A DNA stretch of 49,264 nt from contig JBBDMM010000002.1 of assembly GCA_040878325.1 (NCBI GenBank), positions 124,001-173,264 of the forward strand. The letters are read 5' to 3'. This stretch comes from Acidimicrobiia bacterium. GTDB taxonomy: Bacteria; Actinomycetota; Acidimicrobiia; Spongiisociales; UBA11373. This document shows, piece after piece, positions 26,163-35,672 of the stretch. The notes below the pieces were generated by a model that had not been told where the DNA came from, did no database searches, and saw only the letters and a program-made list of their open reading frames with translations. The number at the start of each line of letters is the position of its first letter. Positions within the stretch are counted from its first letter, which is position 1. The position numbers and the translations under genes were made by a program.

Positions 26163-26939
26163 ATGCGCGCCGCTTTTTTCGATCTCGACAAGACCGTCAT
26201 CGCCCGGTCTTCGACCCTCGCCTTCACCGGGCACCTCTACCGGGCCGGCATGCTGGGGCGACGGGTGTTGGCGCGTGCGGCCATGGGCCAGTTGATGTTC
26301 ACGCTGTTCGGGGCCGACGAAGACCAGTTGGAAAGGGCCCGTGACGCCATGCTGCGCCTCATCAAGGGGTGGGATCGGGCCGAGGTCGAGCGCATCGTCG
26401 AGGAGGCGCTCGAGGAGGTCGTCGCCCCGATCGTCTACGCCGAAGCACTCTTCCTCATCGACGAGCACACCCGGGAGGGACGAAAGGTGTTCATCGTCTC
26501 CGCCAGCCCGTACGAGGTGGTGCACCCGCTGGCTCGCTACATCGGGGTGGAAGACGTGATCGCCACCCAGGCACGGGTCGACGAGAACGGCCTCTATACC
26601 GGTGAGGTCGAGTTGCATGCCTACGGCGCCGAGAAGGCCAACGCGGTACAGGCGGTGGCCGTGGAGCAGGGCATCGACCTGGCCGATTCGTTCGCCTACT
26701 CGGACAGCATGACCGACCTGCCCCTGCTCGAACTCGTCGGCAATCCCCATGCGGTCAACCCCGAGAAGGAACTGCGGGCCATCGCCGAGCAGCGCGGCTG
26801 GCCGATCCTCCAGTTCCAGCGCCAGGTGAGCCTCACCAAGCGCCTCACCCGCCCGGTACCGCTCATCTCCGGCGCCACCGTCGCCGCCGTGATCGGAGCC
26901 GCCATCGCCTGGGGACTGATGCGAAAACGCCGTTCGTAG
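26163..26939 (+). CDS. HAD-IB family hydrolase (Rv3661-like)
   Basis: AAFFDLDKTVIA, IVSAS, AYSDSMTDLPLL, AVNP; position divergent from the Tad locus. Confidence 0.9.
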   Translation: MRAAFFDLDKTVIARSSTLAFTGHLYRAGMLGRRVLARAAMGQLMFTLFGADEDQLERARDAMLRLIKGWDRAEVERIVEEALEEVVAPIVYAEALFLIDEHTREGRKVFIVSASPYEVVHPLARYIGVEDVIATQARVDENGLYTGEVELHAYGAEKANAVQAVAVEQGIDLADSFAYSDSMTDLPLLELVGNPHAVNPEKELRAIAEQRGWPILQFQRQVSLTKRLTRPVPLISGATVAAVIGAAIAWGLMRKRRS

Positions 26940-26974
26940 AGTCGTAGCGGTCCTCTCGCGCCAGCAGTGCCCAT

Positions 26975-27044
26975 GGCCGACGGCCTACGGCCAACATTCA
27001 GACCCACTGAAGCCAACGGCGTGTCTGGCCGTAGGCCGTCGGCC
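26975..27044. repeat. Inverted pair of heptamer arrays (GGCCNAC / GTNGGCC)
   Basis: ggccgac ggcctac ggccaac ... ctggcc gtaggcc gtcggcc. Confidence 0.85.
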
Positions 27045-27091
27045 TCTCCCACGACGGGAACACTCCTCACTGCTCTACCGTTCTGATCATC

Positions 27092-27721
27092 ATGTTCGGT
27101 CACAAATCCCAGATGATCTCTCCGTCCGACGCTCTCGATGGTCGCCCGGCGGCGATCCCCACCACCGACACCCATTTCGTCAACGGCAACCCGATCCACC
27201 CGCCCTTCCCAGATGGGATCGAGACGGCGGTGTTCGGGATGGGGTGCTTCTGGGGGGCCGAGAAGCTGTTCTGGGAGACGCCGGGAGTCTTCAGCACCGC
27301 GGTGGGCTACGCCGGTGGGTTCACCCCCAACCCCACCTATGAAGAGGTGTGCTCAGCGCTAACGGGCCACACCGAAGTGGTGCTGGTCGCCTTCGATCCG
27401 AAACAGATCTCGTTTGACGCGGTGCTCCGGCTGTTCTGGGAGAACCACGACCCCACTCAGGGCATGCGCCAGGGCGCCGACCGCGGCACCCAGTACCGCT
27501 CGGCGATCTATACCCAGTCGGACGATCAGGCCGACGCCGCCAAGCGCAGCCGCGACATGTTCCAGGCCGAGTTGAAGAAGTCAGGCTTCGGCGAGATCAC
27601 CACCGAGATCCAGCCGCTGGGCGACTTCTACTACGCCGAGGGCTACCACCAGCAATATCTAGAGAAGAACCCCAACGGCTACTGCCCGGATCACTCGTGC
27701 GGAGTGGGGTTTCCGGGGTGA
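27092..27721 (+). CDS. msrA: Peptide methionine sulfoxide reductase A
   Basis: [39 protein letters not shown]. Confidence 0.97.
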   Translation: MFGHKSQMISPSDALDGRPAAIPTTDTHFVNGNPIHPPFPDGIETAVFGMGCFWGAEKLFWETPGVFSTAVGYAGGFTPNPTYEEVCSALTGHTEVVLVAFDPKQISFDAVLRLFWENHDPTQGMRQGADRGTQYRSAIYTQSDDQADAAKRSRDMFQAELKKSGFGEITTEIQPLGDFYYAEGYHQQYLEKNPNGYCPDHSCGVGFPG

Positions 27722-27825
27722 CTGAGCTTACCTTGTCCCGATGGCGCGGTCAGTCCCCGACAACCACGAGCGAGTCCTCACCTGCCTCGAACTGAGTGAG
27801 GTCGCTGTCCAGAATCATCACTTCA

Positions 27826-28509
27826 ATGGGCCTCATCTTCCTGTTCGACGTCGACAACACGCTGCTCGACCACGACGCCCTCAAGGTGACCCTCGGAGAC
27901 GCTCTGTTGGCCTCGCTGGACGGGACCGATGTCGCCCTCTTCTGGGAGCTGTACGAGCAGGTCCGGCGCGATCTGGGGCTGGTCAGCCTTCCCGAGACGG
28001 TGGAACGGTTCCTGCCAACCCATTGTGAGGATCCCCTCGCCCCTCAGAAGCTGGCCGAGGTGCTGTTTCATCTCGACCTCGGATCGTGCCTTCGTCCCGG
28101 GGCGGTCGAACTCCTCAGGAAGGCGAGCGAGTTCGGGACCACCGTGATCCTCTCCAACGGCGACCAGTTCTTCCAACGCTGGAAGATTTGGCAATCCGGC
28201 CTCGCCGAAGCGGTGGGGGGCCGAGTGTGGGTGTTTCCCGACAAGGTGGACCACTTCGAGGACCTCGACTCACGGTTCGGGATGGACTCGCGGTTTGTAC
28301 TCGTCGAGGACAAAGCGGACGCGTTGGCAGCGGCCCAGGCTCACTGGCGGCACCGGGTGACGACGGTGCTGGTGGCGTTCGGGCATCATGCCGCCTCCGA
28401 CACGTCCGGCGTCGAGGTCGACATGATCGTGGGGTCGCCGGCCGAACTCTTGGCGCGCTTCGGCGAAATGCTCCCGAGCGGGTGGGGTGACCACTCTTCC
28501 GCACCTTGA
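27826..28509 (+). CDS. HAD family hydrolase
   Basis: FLFDVDNTL, ILSNGD, LVEDK. Confidence 0.8.
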   Translation: MGLIFLFDVDNTLLDHDALKVTLGDALLASLDGTDVALFWELYEQVRRDLGLVSLPETVERFLPTHCEDPLAPQKLAEVLFHLDLGSCLRPGAVELLRKASEFGTTVILSNGDQFFQRWKIWQSGLAEAVGGRVWVFPDKVDHFEDLDSRFGMDSRFVLVEDKADALAAAQAHWRHRVTTVLVAFGHHAASDTSGVEVDMIVGSPAELLARFGEMLPSGWGDHSSAP

Positions 28510-28558
28510 AGGATTCGGGTGTCCGGACCCAGGCGGTCGTGACCAAGCGCCGCGGATC

Positions 28559-29386
28559 TCACTGAGGCTCGTCTTTGGTCCCGGCCGCGGCGGCGGCAAC
28601 CCCCAGCAGGACGAGTGTGACCGCGACGAGCGTCGCCCCGAGAGGGTGCGCGGCGACGACACCGGCGATCCGAGCCGCGGTGGCCTCGATCCAGTCGACG
28701 ATCGGGTTGCCAGCAAGACTCCCGGCGCCCGACGACAGCACGGTCGCCCAATACCAGACCATGAATGCTCCGGCCGAGAGCACCAGCCAACCGGCGATCG
28801 TGTGGATGTGCGGGCTGAGGCGTCGCATCCCGGCCACTACGCGGTCTTGTCCGAGACCGATGGCCACCGTGATCGTCGTCACCGACAGGGTCATGCCGAG
28901 CGCGTAGGCCCCGAATGTCAGTAGTCCGCCGCCGAGGCCGTCTCCGGTCAGGGCGCCGGCGATGAGGCTGAGGAAGATCGGAAGCGTGCAGGACAGGGAA
29001 GCGACGCCATAGGATGCGCCGAAGCCGAACATGCCTGCGGGTGTGCGGTCCCTCGTTCCGCGAACTCCCGGCACGAGGGCCGCGAGGACATTGCGACCGG
29101 CGAGCAGTGCGACGCCGACAACGATCAACCCGCCCCCGATGAGCAGGGTCACCCATGGGATCCAGGCGACCACGGCCCTGACCCCGAGGGTCACGAGCGT
29201 GCCCACCAGGAGGAAGACTGCGACGAAGCCTGCAGATACCGAGGCGGCGACGGTGAAGATCCGCCCGGGATGCTCCGAATCTCGTCCCAGGAAGAGGCCC
29301 ACGTAGGCGGGGAGCATCGCGAAGCCGCAGGGGTTCACCGTCGAGATGACCCCCGCGGCGAAGGCCGTCGCGATCACTGTGTCCAT
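28559..29386 (-). CDS. CcdA/DsbD-type thiol-disulfide transporter
   Basis: NPCGFAMLPAY, ASLSCTLPIFL. Confidence 0.88.
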   Translation of the reverse strand: MDTVIATAFAAGVISTVNPCGFAMLPAYVGLFLGRDSEHPGRIFTVAASVSAGFVAVFLLVGTLVTLGVRAVVAWIPWVTLLIGGGLIVVGVALLAGRNVLAALVPGVRGTRDRTPAGMFGFGASYGVASLSCTLPIFLSLIAGALTGDGLGGGLLTFGAYALGMTLSVTTITVAIGLGQDRVVAGMRRLSPHIHTIAGWLVLSAGAFMVWYWATVLSSGAGSLAGNPIVDWIEATAARIAGVVAAHPLGATLVAVTLVLLGVAAAAAGTKDEPQ

Positions 29387-29402
29387 GCTCGTCCTCGACT
29401 TG

Positions 29403-29924
29403 TCACCCGAGTAGCTCGGACTCGATGATGCGTCGCAGATCGTCCTCGAACAGCACGCCTCCGTGCACTCGGACGACCGAGCCGTGCGCATCGATGAAGA
29501 CCGTCGTCGGCATGGCGATCCCGCCGAACATCCGGTACAGGGCCCCGTCGCGGTCGTGGACCATTCGATACTCGACGCCGGTCTCGTCGATGAGCCTCAG
29601 CGCTGCGTCGACACTGATCTCCTGCATGTTGAGGCCGAGGAAGACGACGCGATCGCCGAATTCGCGGTGGACATCCCCGAAGTCGGCCATCTCGGCGACA
29701 CAAGCAGGGCACCATGACGCCCAGAAGTTGAGGACGACCGGCGTTCCCGCCAGGTCGGCCAGGTCTCCGGTGCTGCCGTCGAAGAATTCAAGGCGGGCGC
29801 TCACAGGCTGACCCGGCTCCGCCCCGGGCTGATCACCTGCTCCAAGCGCGATCACGAGGACGGCCGCGATCGCGGCCGCGGCCGCCGAGGCGAGTGCGTA
29901 GGTGCGTGTGCGCTGTGGTGCCAT
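29403..29924 (-). CDS. TlpA/ResA-family thiol-disulfide oxidoreductase
   Basis: VVLNFWASWCPAC, MPTTVFID, N-terminal TM. Confidence 0.92.
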   Translation of the reverse strand: MAPQRTRTYALASAAAAAIAAVLVIALGAGDQPGAEPGQPVSARLEFFDGSTGDLADLAGTPVVLNFWASWCPACVAEMADFGDVHREFGDRVVFLGLNMQEISVDAALRLIDETGVEYRMVHDRDGALYRMFGGIAMPTTVFIDAHGSVVRVHGGVLFEDDLRRIIESELLG

Positions 29925-30087
29925 CGACCCCTCCCTTCCGGTGGTTTGGGGTGTCCCGAGTGGCGGGACGTCCCAAACCCCCGGGTCGTATCGAGAGGAA
30001 CGTTGGCGCATTCACCCGTCGTCGCACGAATGTCGGCCTTCTTACAGTCCTCGGAACCTGCGGCGTCCGACCAGAGTTGTGCTGAGC

Positions 30088-31281
30088 ATGCCGGTGCCCT
30101 CGACTTTGGTCGGACTCGCCTCTGCGCTCTCGATGGTGCTCGCCGGCTGCGCTACGCCCACCGACACCACAGGAACGGGCCTGAATCACCCGGCCGAGGC
30201 GCCCCTCACCGACCGCGGAGCCCTTCCCCAGGGCCCCTCTGCCCTCGACACGCTTGACGACCCGGCCTTCCCCGAGCCCCTGATCGACCCGGAGGAGATC
30301 ATCTCGGGCGGGCCAACCCCGGACGGCATTCCGTCCATCGACGATCCGCGCTTTCTCACCGTGGACGAGGTCGACTGGATTCGTGACCAGGAAGCGGTGG
30401 TGGCGGTTGTGATCGACGGCGACGCTCGGGCCTATCCGGCCCAGATACTCATCTGGCATGAGATCGTCAATGACACGGTTGGGGGCGTCCCGGTCGCCGT
30501 CACCTTCTGCCCCCTCTGCAACAGCGCGGTGACGTTCCGTCGAGTCATCGACGGCGTCGAGACCACGTTCGGCACATCGGGCCGGCTGTTCGCTTCTGCC
30601 CTGGTCATGTACGACCGGGCCACCGAGTCACTCTGGACCCATTTCGACGGTCGCGCCGTCGTCGGGGTGCTGGCCGGTCGCCGCCTCGATCCGATTCCTG
30701 CCCCGCTCATGTCATGGGAAGAGTTCCGCACTGCATACCCCGACGGCCTCGTCCTCGACAAGTTCCGTACCGGGCACTCGCGCCGATACGGCGACAACCC
30801 CTACGTCGGTTACGACGATCCGGACGGCTTCCCCTTCCTGTTCCGCGGTGACGCGGATGGGCGGCTGCGGGCGATGCAGCGCGTCGTGGGTGTGGAGTTG
30901 GGTGGCGCCGCCAAGGCGTGGTCTCTCGACGCCGTATCGGGTGGCGAGGCACGGGCGACCAATGACACGATCGGAGGGACCCCGATCGTCGTATTCTGGC
31001 GGGCCGGCCAGGCCAGCGCCACCCATCAATTTCAGACCGACATCGGACGGATGGTCGGCACTGTCGGCGTGTTCTCACCGGTTGTCGACGGCCGGGTCCT
31101 CACCTTCCGCGCCGATGGCGACGGCTTTATCGACGGCGAGACGGGATCGCGCTGGGACATCACGGGGCGCGCCATTGCCGGGCCGTTGACTTCTACGACC
31201 CTCGAGAGGCTTCACCACCTCGACACGTTCTGGTTCGCCTGGTCGACCTACCAGCCGGACGGCGTACTCATCGAGCCGTGA
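30088..31281 (+). CDS. DUF3179 family lipoprotein
   Basis: LAGC lipobox, SGGPTPDGIPSIDDP, ARAYP, HEIVND, FCPLCNS, YDRATESLW, FWFAW. Confidence 0.85.
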   Translation: MPVPSTLVGLASALSMVLAGCATPTDTTGTGLNHPAEAPLTDRGALPQGPSALDTLDDPAFPEPLIDPEEIISGGPTPDGIPSIDDPRFLTVDEVDWIRDQEAVVAVVIDGDARAYPAQILIWHEIVNDTVGGVPVAVTFCPLCNSAVTFRRVIDGVETTFGTSGRLFASALVMYDRATESLWTHFDGRAVVGVLAGRRLDPIPAPLMSWEEFRTAYPDGLVLDKFRTGHSRRYGDNPYVGYDDPDGFPFLFRGDADGRLRAMQRVVGVELGGAAKAWSLDAVSGGEARATNDTIGGTPIVVFWRAGQASATHQFQTDIGRMVGTVGVFSPVVDGRVLTFRADGDGFIDGETGSRWDITGRAIAGPLTSTTLERLHHLDTFWFAWSTYQPDGVLIEP

Positions 31282-31324
31282 GTCTGACTGCGACCAGCCC
31301 GGGAACCGGATCACCGCTGTCGGG

Positions 31325-32506
31325 TCAGACTTGGACGGGTACGAGTCCCCGGTCCCAGTCGGGGTTCGGGGGCACCGGGACCGGTTCCCAAACCCGGGCG
31401 TTCGGCCAGAAGCGGGGCACGTCCTTGGCGAATGCCGTGAATCCCGGCAGCCGGTGAAGGATGCTCCCTCGGAGCGCTCCCTTTAGAGCGATGCCGCGCG
31501 CCGGATCCCAAACCGATGCCGTCTCCAGGTCGATGAGCGAGTCTCCCACCACCGCCAACGTGACCGTCTGATCGTCGAGGGTCCGAAGGAGCACCGACCA
31601 CCGGCGCTCGTCGCGAGGGTCGCTCACGACGGCGATCGGGGTTCCAGCCACCACCTCGTTGGCGACTCCTACCTCGCGAAGGTCCTCGATCGCGAACGTG
31701 ACCGCCTCGCCGGCGAACTCGACGACCACGACGATGTCGTCGAGGCCGATCCGTGCGTACGGGCCGGGAGTCTCGAGTACCCACTCCGGGGTCTCAAGTG
31801 CCCAGGTGTCGGGATACGCCTCACGCCAGGCCCCCCAAGTCGTCAGCTCTGATGCAAGCCGCTCGACCGTTGCCCCGGTTCGGGGACCGAGGATCGCCTC
31901 ACCGAGGGGCTGGCTCCACACGCTTCCGGTGTCGTGGTCCCACCAGGTCATGGCGTTGCGGTAGAGGGCACCCTGGATGCCGAACAGGATCTCCTGCCCA
32001 TCCAGTTCGCGGCGGTGGACCATTGCGGTCCCACAGAGCGGGCACCAGGTGACCACGACGGGAATTCCAGCTACGCGGTCGATAACCATCTCGCGGATGT
32101 CGAGGAAGATCACCGGATACGCCCGGGCGTCCCCATCGATTTCCAGGCCGATGACCAGCATGTCATCGCTCCATGAGACCTCTTCAGCCGGAAGGAAGAC
32201 AGGGTCGTAGATGGGCAGGATTTCGTCTCGAGGGAGCGCGTGACGAAATCCCTCTGGAATCTGCTCGCCCGCCCAGACCGGGTCGTACACCCGGCCGGGA
32301 AGCGCCCTGAGCGCGGGGTCGTAGGCGCGGTCCGGGGTGGCTGCCGGCGACGCGGTGTCTACCCGGACTCCGGCCGGATTCTCGACGGTGGTCGGCGATG
32401 GCGCCAGAGTCTCGTCGCCCCCACCCGGCCCGTACCGGGCCGTGACGATCAGCGAGGCCACGAGGATGACCGATCCGATCGGAAGGGCGATGGCGGTGGG
32501 GCGCAT
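31325..32506 (-). CDS. DUF3179 family protein (second, divergent copy)
   Basis: LPRDEILPIYDP, ARAYP, WCPLCGT, WDHDTGSVWSQ. Confidence 0.8.
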   Translation of the reverse strand: MRPTAIALPIGSVILVASLIVTARYGPGGGDETLAPSPTTVENPAGVRVDTASPAATPDRAYDPALRALPGRVYDPVWAGEQIPEGFRHALPRDEILPIYDPVFLPAEEVSWSDDMLVIGLEIDGDARAYPVIFLDIREMVIDRVAGIPVVVTWCPLCGTAMVHRRELDGQEILFGIQGALYRNAMTWWDHDTGSVWSQPLGEAILGPRTGATVERLASELTTWGAWREAYPDTWALETPEWVLETPGPYARIGLDDIVVVVEFAGEAVTFAIEDLREVGVANEVVAGTPIAVVSDPRDERRWSVLLRTLDDQTVTLAVVGDSLIDLETASVWDPARGIALKGALRGSILHRLPGFTAFAKDVPRFWPNARVWEPVPVPPNPDWDRGLVPVQV

Positions 32507-32544
32507 GGGGTAGGAACGGTGTGGCCTCGGGACCTGTTCCCTGC

Positions 32545-33357
32545 TCAGATCAGCGGTGACGGCAGCGCGACGAGAAGGACGAACCAACTGCCGAGAGCGA
32601 TGAGCACATAGCCGCTCCACTTCCTCACCGAGGACCCGACCATGCGGAAGGCCCGCAGGGACTCTCCTGTGGCCAGGCTCACCGCCACGGAAGCGGAGGC
32701 AATCAGCACCGTGAACACGCCGATCGCGGAGGCGAACGACCACAGGGTCGTCGCCGTGTCGGTGGTGAGGGACTGAGCGGCCAGACCGGCGAGGAGTGCT
32801 CCGGTGCATCCGAACCCGGCGAGCAGGTAACCGAGCCCATACCCGATGTCCCTTGCCCAGCGCCGCTCGGACGTCGGTTCCAGGGCCCTGGCAGCCGTGG
32901 TTGCGACGCGATCGAAGATCCTGAGGCGCAGCCGGAGCAGGTGAGCCTGATGGGCACCGAGAACGATCAGGAAGGCACCGACGAGGGCCCTCAGGGTCCG
33001 GCCGACGGGTCTGTCGAAGGCGACGGCCTTGCCGACGGCATCGCCCGCGGCCACGACCACCACCGCGACGAGAGACAGTAGGACGGCAACGCCAAGGGCC
33101 ACCCGGAAGGCGCCGAGGAGCCCCTGACGAGGCGTCTCGGCCGATCGCCTGGTCAGAAAGGTGAGCAGGAGGGGGAACGAGCAGGGCGAGAAGAAGGCGG
33201 CGAAGCCGGTGGCCGCTCCGAGGCCGACGGACCCGGCTGCCACCCCGCCGGAGGCGACGACGCGGAACCCGAGATACCCGAAGACGCCGACGGTCACAAG
33301 ACCGAGAGCGACGACCACGAACCGGGCTCGTGCCCGGCGGGCGAGGCGGCGATCCAT
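32545..33357 (-). CDS. CcdA-like membrane protein
   Basis: AAFFSPCSFPLL, GFGCTG; multiple TM. Confidence 0.75.
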   Translation of the reverse strand: MDRRLARRARARFVVVALGLVTVGVFGYLGFRVVASGGVAAGSVGLGAATGFAAFFSPCSFPLLLTFLTRRSAETPRQGLLGAFRVALGVAVLLSLVAVVVVAAGDAVGKAVAFDRPVGRTLRALVGAFLIVLGAHQAHLLRLRLRIFDRVATTAARALEPTSERRWARDIGYGLGYLLAGFGCTGALLAGLAAQSLTTDTATTLWSFASAIGVFTVLIASASVAVSLATGESLRAFRMVGSSVRKWSGYVLIALGSWFVLLVALPSPLI

Positions 33358-33361
33358 CGTT

Positions 33362-33675
33362 TCAGGCTGCACGGCAGCCCAGCGTCTTGACGTCCGTCCC
33401 GAAGCCTTGGGCGGGGAGTTTCAAGGCTTCGGCCATCGTGAGGCAGGGGTGATGGGTGCCGGCGATCTCGTCGATGGTGGCCCGGTACTTGAGCGCCATG
33501 ACGGAGGCCTGGATCACATCGCCGGCGCCGTCGGAGATCATGTGAGCGCGGATGGAGGCGCCCGCTGGCTTCATCGGCTACCAGCTCGGGCACGCCATGG
33601 GTCTCATGATCGACGGTCGCCCCGGGGACTACCTCGAGAGGCAGCACCGAGCTGCGCGGGCAGGTTCCCGGCCTC
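33362..33675 (-). pseudogene. merA: Mercuric reductase C-terminal remnant, frameshifted
   Basis: VLPLEVVP..ELVADEASGRL in one frame and AGDVIQ..HPCLTMAEALKL.AQGFGTDVKTLGCRAA in another; the C-terminal CC pair is degraded to CR; FAD/NAD domains absent. Confidence 0.75.
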
Positions 33676-34062
33676 GACGATGTGGCAGACGTAATCACCC
33701 CGCGGCCGGTTGTCGGCCGCCTCGTCCGCGAGCTTCAGGAGCCGCTTCAGCTCGCGCTGCAGCGCCTGCAGCTCCCGAATTCGCTCGCCGATCAGCGATG
33801 CCTCGCGTGCCATCGCGGCCCACACGACCTCACACGGGGCCTGGCCGGCGTGTCTCAGCTCCACGATCTCGCGGATGTCGTCCAGGGGGATCTCGAGGCG
33901 TCGGGCGCGCCTGACGAAGCGCAGCAGCTCGACGTCTTGGTCCGAGTAGTCCCGGTAGCCGGATTCGGTACGCTCGGGACCCGGCAGCACGCCCTGCTTC
34001 TCGTAGAAGCGGATGGCGCTGGCTTCCAGTCCGGCTGCTCCGGCAGCTTCACCGATACGCAT
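33604..34062 (-). CDS. MerR-family heavy-metal regulator (CueR/ZntR-like), 3' end overlaps the merA remnant
   Basis: MRIGEAA..SAIRFYEKQGVL..RTESGYRDY, APCE, CHIVE. Confidence 0.88.
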   Translation of the reverse strand: MRIGEAAGAAGLEASAIRFYEKQGVLPGPERTESGYRDYSDQDVELLRFVRRARRLEIPLDDIREIVELRHAGQAPCEVVWAAMAREASLIGERIRELQALQRELKRLLKLADEAADNRPRGDYVCHIVEAGNLPAQLGAASRGSPRGDRRS

Positions 34063-34091
34063 CGAAGACTCCTTGGGTGGTCTCCTTGTGC

Positions 34092-34122
34092 AGCGTAGAC
34101 CTTGGAGTCACTCCAAGGTCAA
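34092..34122 (-). promoter_or_regulatory. MerR-type promoter/operator
   Basis: TTGACC-19 nt-TACGCT with dyad GACCTTGGAG-N3-CTCCAAGGTC. Confidence 0.88.
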
Positions 34123-34140
34123 GGGCCCTTTCTTGGGGCG

Positions 34141-34185
34141 GGGGGGGGGGGGGGTGGCCGGCCCCCCCCCCCCCCNNNNNNNNNN
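34141..34185. other. Assembly gap (10 N) with G/C homopolymer flanks
   Basis: Poly-G and poly-C runs, then N at 34176-34185. Confidence 0.95.
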
Positions 34186-34221
34186 GGGCGGGGCAATATA
34201 CGCCCCGCCCCCGCCCGCCGA

Positions 34222-34455
34222 TCAGCGCGTGAGTTGGTGCAGCCGAGTGGTCTGGAAACGGATTACCGTGATGATCGTTGCCAGCCCGAACGTGATGCCG
34301 AACAGGTAGAGGCCGACGCCGGCCCGGCGGACGGCTTCGAGCACGTCAGCCCAGCGCCCGACCGACTCGAGGCTCCAGGTGCCAACCGCGGCAGCGGCCA
34401 CGAAATCGATGTCGAGGGCGAGCATGCCCTCATCCGGTTCGTATGGCTTTTCCAC
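34222..34455 (-). pseudogene. Probable C-terminal fragment of a membrane protein
   Basis: One TM-like segment GVGLYLFGITFGLATIITVIRFQ; short; next to the gap and decayed genes. Confidence 0.4.
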
Positions 34456-34530
34456 GGCGACTCACAATGGTCGGGAATCGCCGTATGGTCGGGAATTGTG
34501 GCCTGTTTGTCACGATCCGCCGAACCTGGG

Positions 34531-34558
34531 CCGTTGACCGTTGACCGTTGACCGTTGG
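34531..34558. repeat. Heptamer array (CCGTTGR)x4
   Basis: Read directly. Confidence 0.9.
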
Positions 34559-34564
34559 CCTCTC

Positions 34565-35554
34565 CTACCCGAGTTCCGCCAGCAGCCGCGCCTTCCCGTC
34601 CGGGGGCAGGAACGAGCTTTCGATGGCGTTGCGGGCCAGGGTGGTCAGGTCGTCGCGATCCAGATCGAGCGCTCGCTGGATCGCCAGGTAGTTGTCGCCG
34701 ATATAGCCACCGAAGTACGCCGGGTCGTCGGAGTTGACGGTCACCCGGACGCCCCGTTCGAGGAGACGTGTGAGGTTGTGCTCCTTCAGATCGTCAACGC
34801 CCCGAAGGGCGAGGTTTGACAAGGGGCACATCGTGAGGGGGATCGCTTCCCGCACCAGCCTCTCGACCAGTACGTCATCCTGCTCGCAGGCGACTCCGTG
34901 GTCGATCCGCTCGGCGCCAAGGAGATCGAGCGCGCCGGTGATGTACGAGGGCGGACCTTCCTCCCCGGCGTGCGCCACGGCCCGAAGACCGAGGTCGCGC
35001 GCTCGCCTGAACACGTGCTCGAAACGATCGGGAGGATTGCCCACCTCGCCCGAGTCGAGGCCGACCGCGGCGATCCGATCGAGGAACGGGGTGGCCTGCT
35101 CCAGGGTCTCGAACGCACTCTCCTCAGGAAGGTGGCGGAGGAAACACATGATCAGCAGGGTCGAGATGCCGAGGGTGGCTGCCGCCTCGGCCCGAGCGCG
35201 CTCGAACCCGTCCATGAACACTTGGAAGGGAATGCCCCGCTCGGTATGGGTCTGCGGATCGAAGAAGATCTCGGCATGCCGCACGTTGTCCGCCGCCGCT
35301 CGGTGGAGGTAGGCGGACATGAGGTCGGCGAAGTCCTCCTCCGTCTGCAGGACAGCGGCACCCTGGTAGTAGATATCGAGAAACGACTGGAGGTCGACGA
35401 ATTCGTAGGCCGCCCGCGTCTCCTCCACCGAGGCGAACGGCAGCGCGATCTGGTTGCGCGCCGCGATCGAGAACATCATCTCTGGTTCGAGGGTTCCTTC
35501 GATGTGGACATGGAGTTCCACCTTGGGCAGATCCCGAATGAACTTCTCCACCAC
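34565..35554 (-). CDS. add: Adenosine/adenine deaminase
   Basis: PKVELHVHIEGTLEP, FLDIYY, AHAGEE, RIDHG, CPLSN, NSDDPAYFGG; GGAGG RBS. Confidence 0.92.
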   Translation of the reverse strand: MVEKFIRDLPKVELHVHIEGTLEPEMMFSIAARNQIALPFASVEETRAAYEFVDLQSFLDIYYQGAAVLQTEEDFADLMSAYLHRAAADNVRHAEIFFDPQTHTERGIPFQVFMDGFERARAEAAATLGISTLLIMCFLRHLPEESAFETLEQATPFLDRIAAVGLDSGEVGNPPDRFEHVFRRARDLGLRAVAHAGEEGPPSYITGALDLLGAERIDHGVACEQDDVLVERLVREAIPLTMCPLSNLALRGVDDLKEHNLTRLLERGVRVTVNSDDPAYFGGYIGDNYLAIQRALDLDRDDLTTLARNAIESSFLPPDGKARLLAELG

Positions 35555-35672
35555 GCCTCCTTCCGAAAATGAGCCTTCCCGCAACCGACCCGGACATCAA
35601 GGGCCGTGTGGCCCATGTCATGGCGGCATCGACCACCCTACGATTTGAATCGAACCGACTGAAGGGTGATCG

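Noticed and set aside
22178..26939. Tad locus as a conjugation or novel secretion system
   Set aside because: It matches the widespread actinobacterial HAD-ssd-tadABC-flp-tadE arrangement, with no relaxase or coupling protein.
30088..33357. Selenocysteine read-through in the DUF3179/CcdA genes
   Set aside because: The redox positions are Cys codons and the frames are uninterrupted; no in-frame TGA is needed.
34141..34220. G/C homopolymer runs as a G-quadruplex or contingency locus
   Set aside because: They directly flank an N gap and are most likely low-quality read ends.
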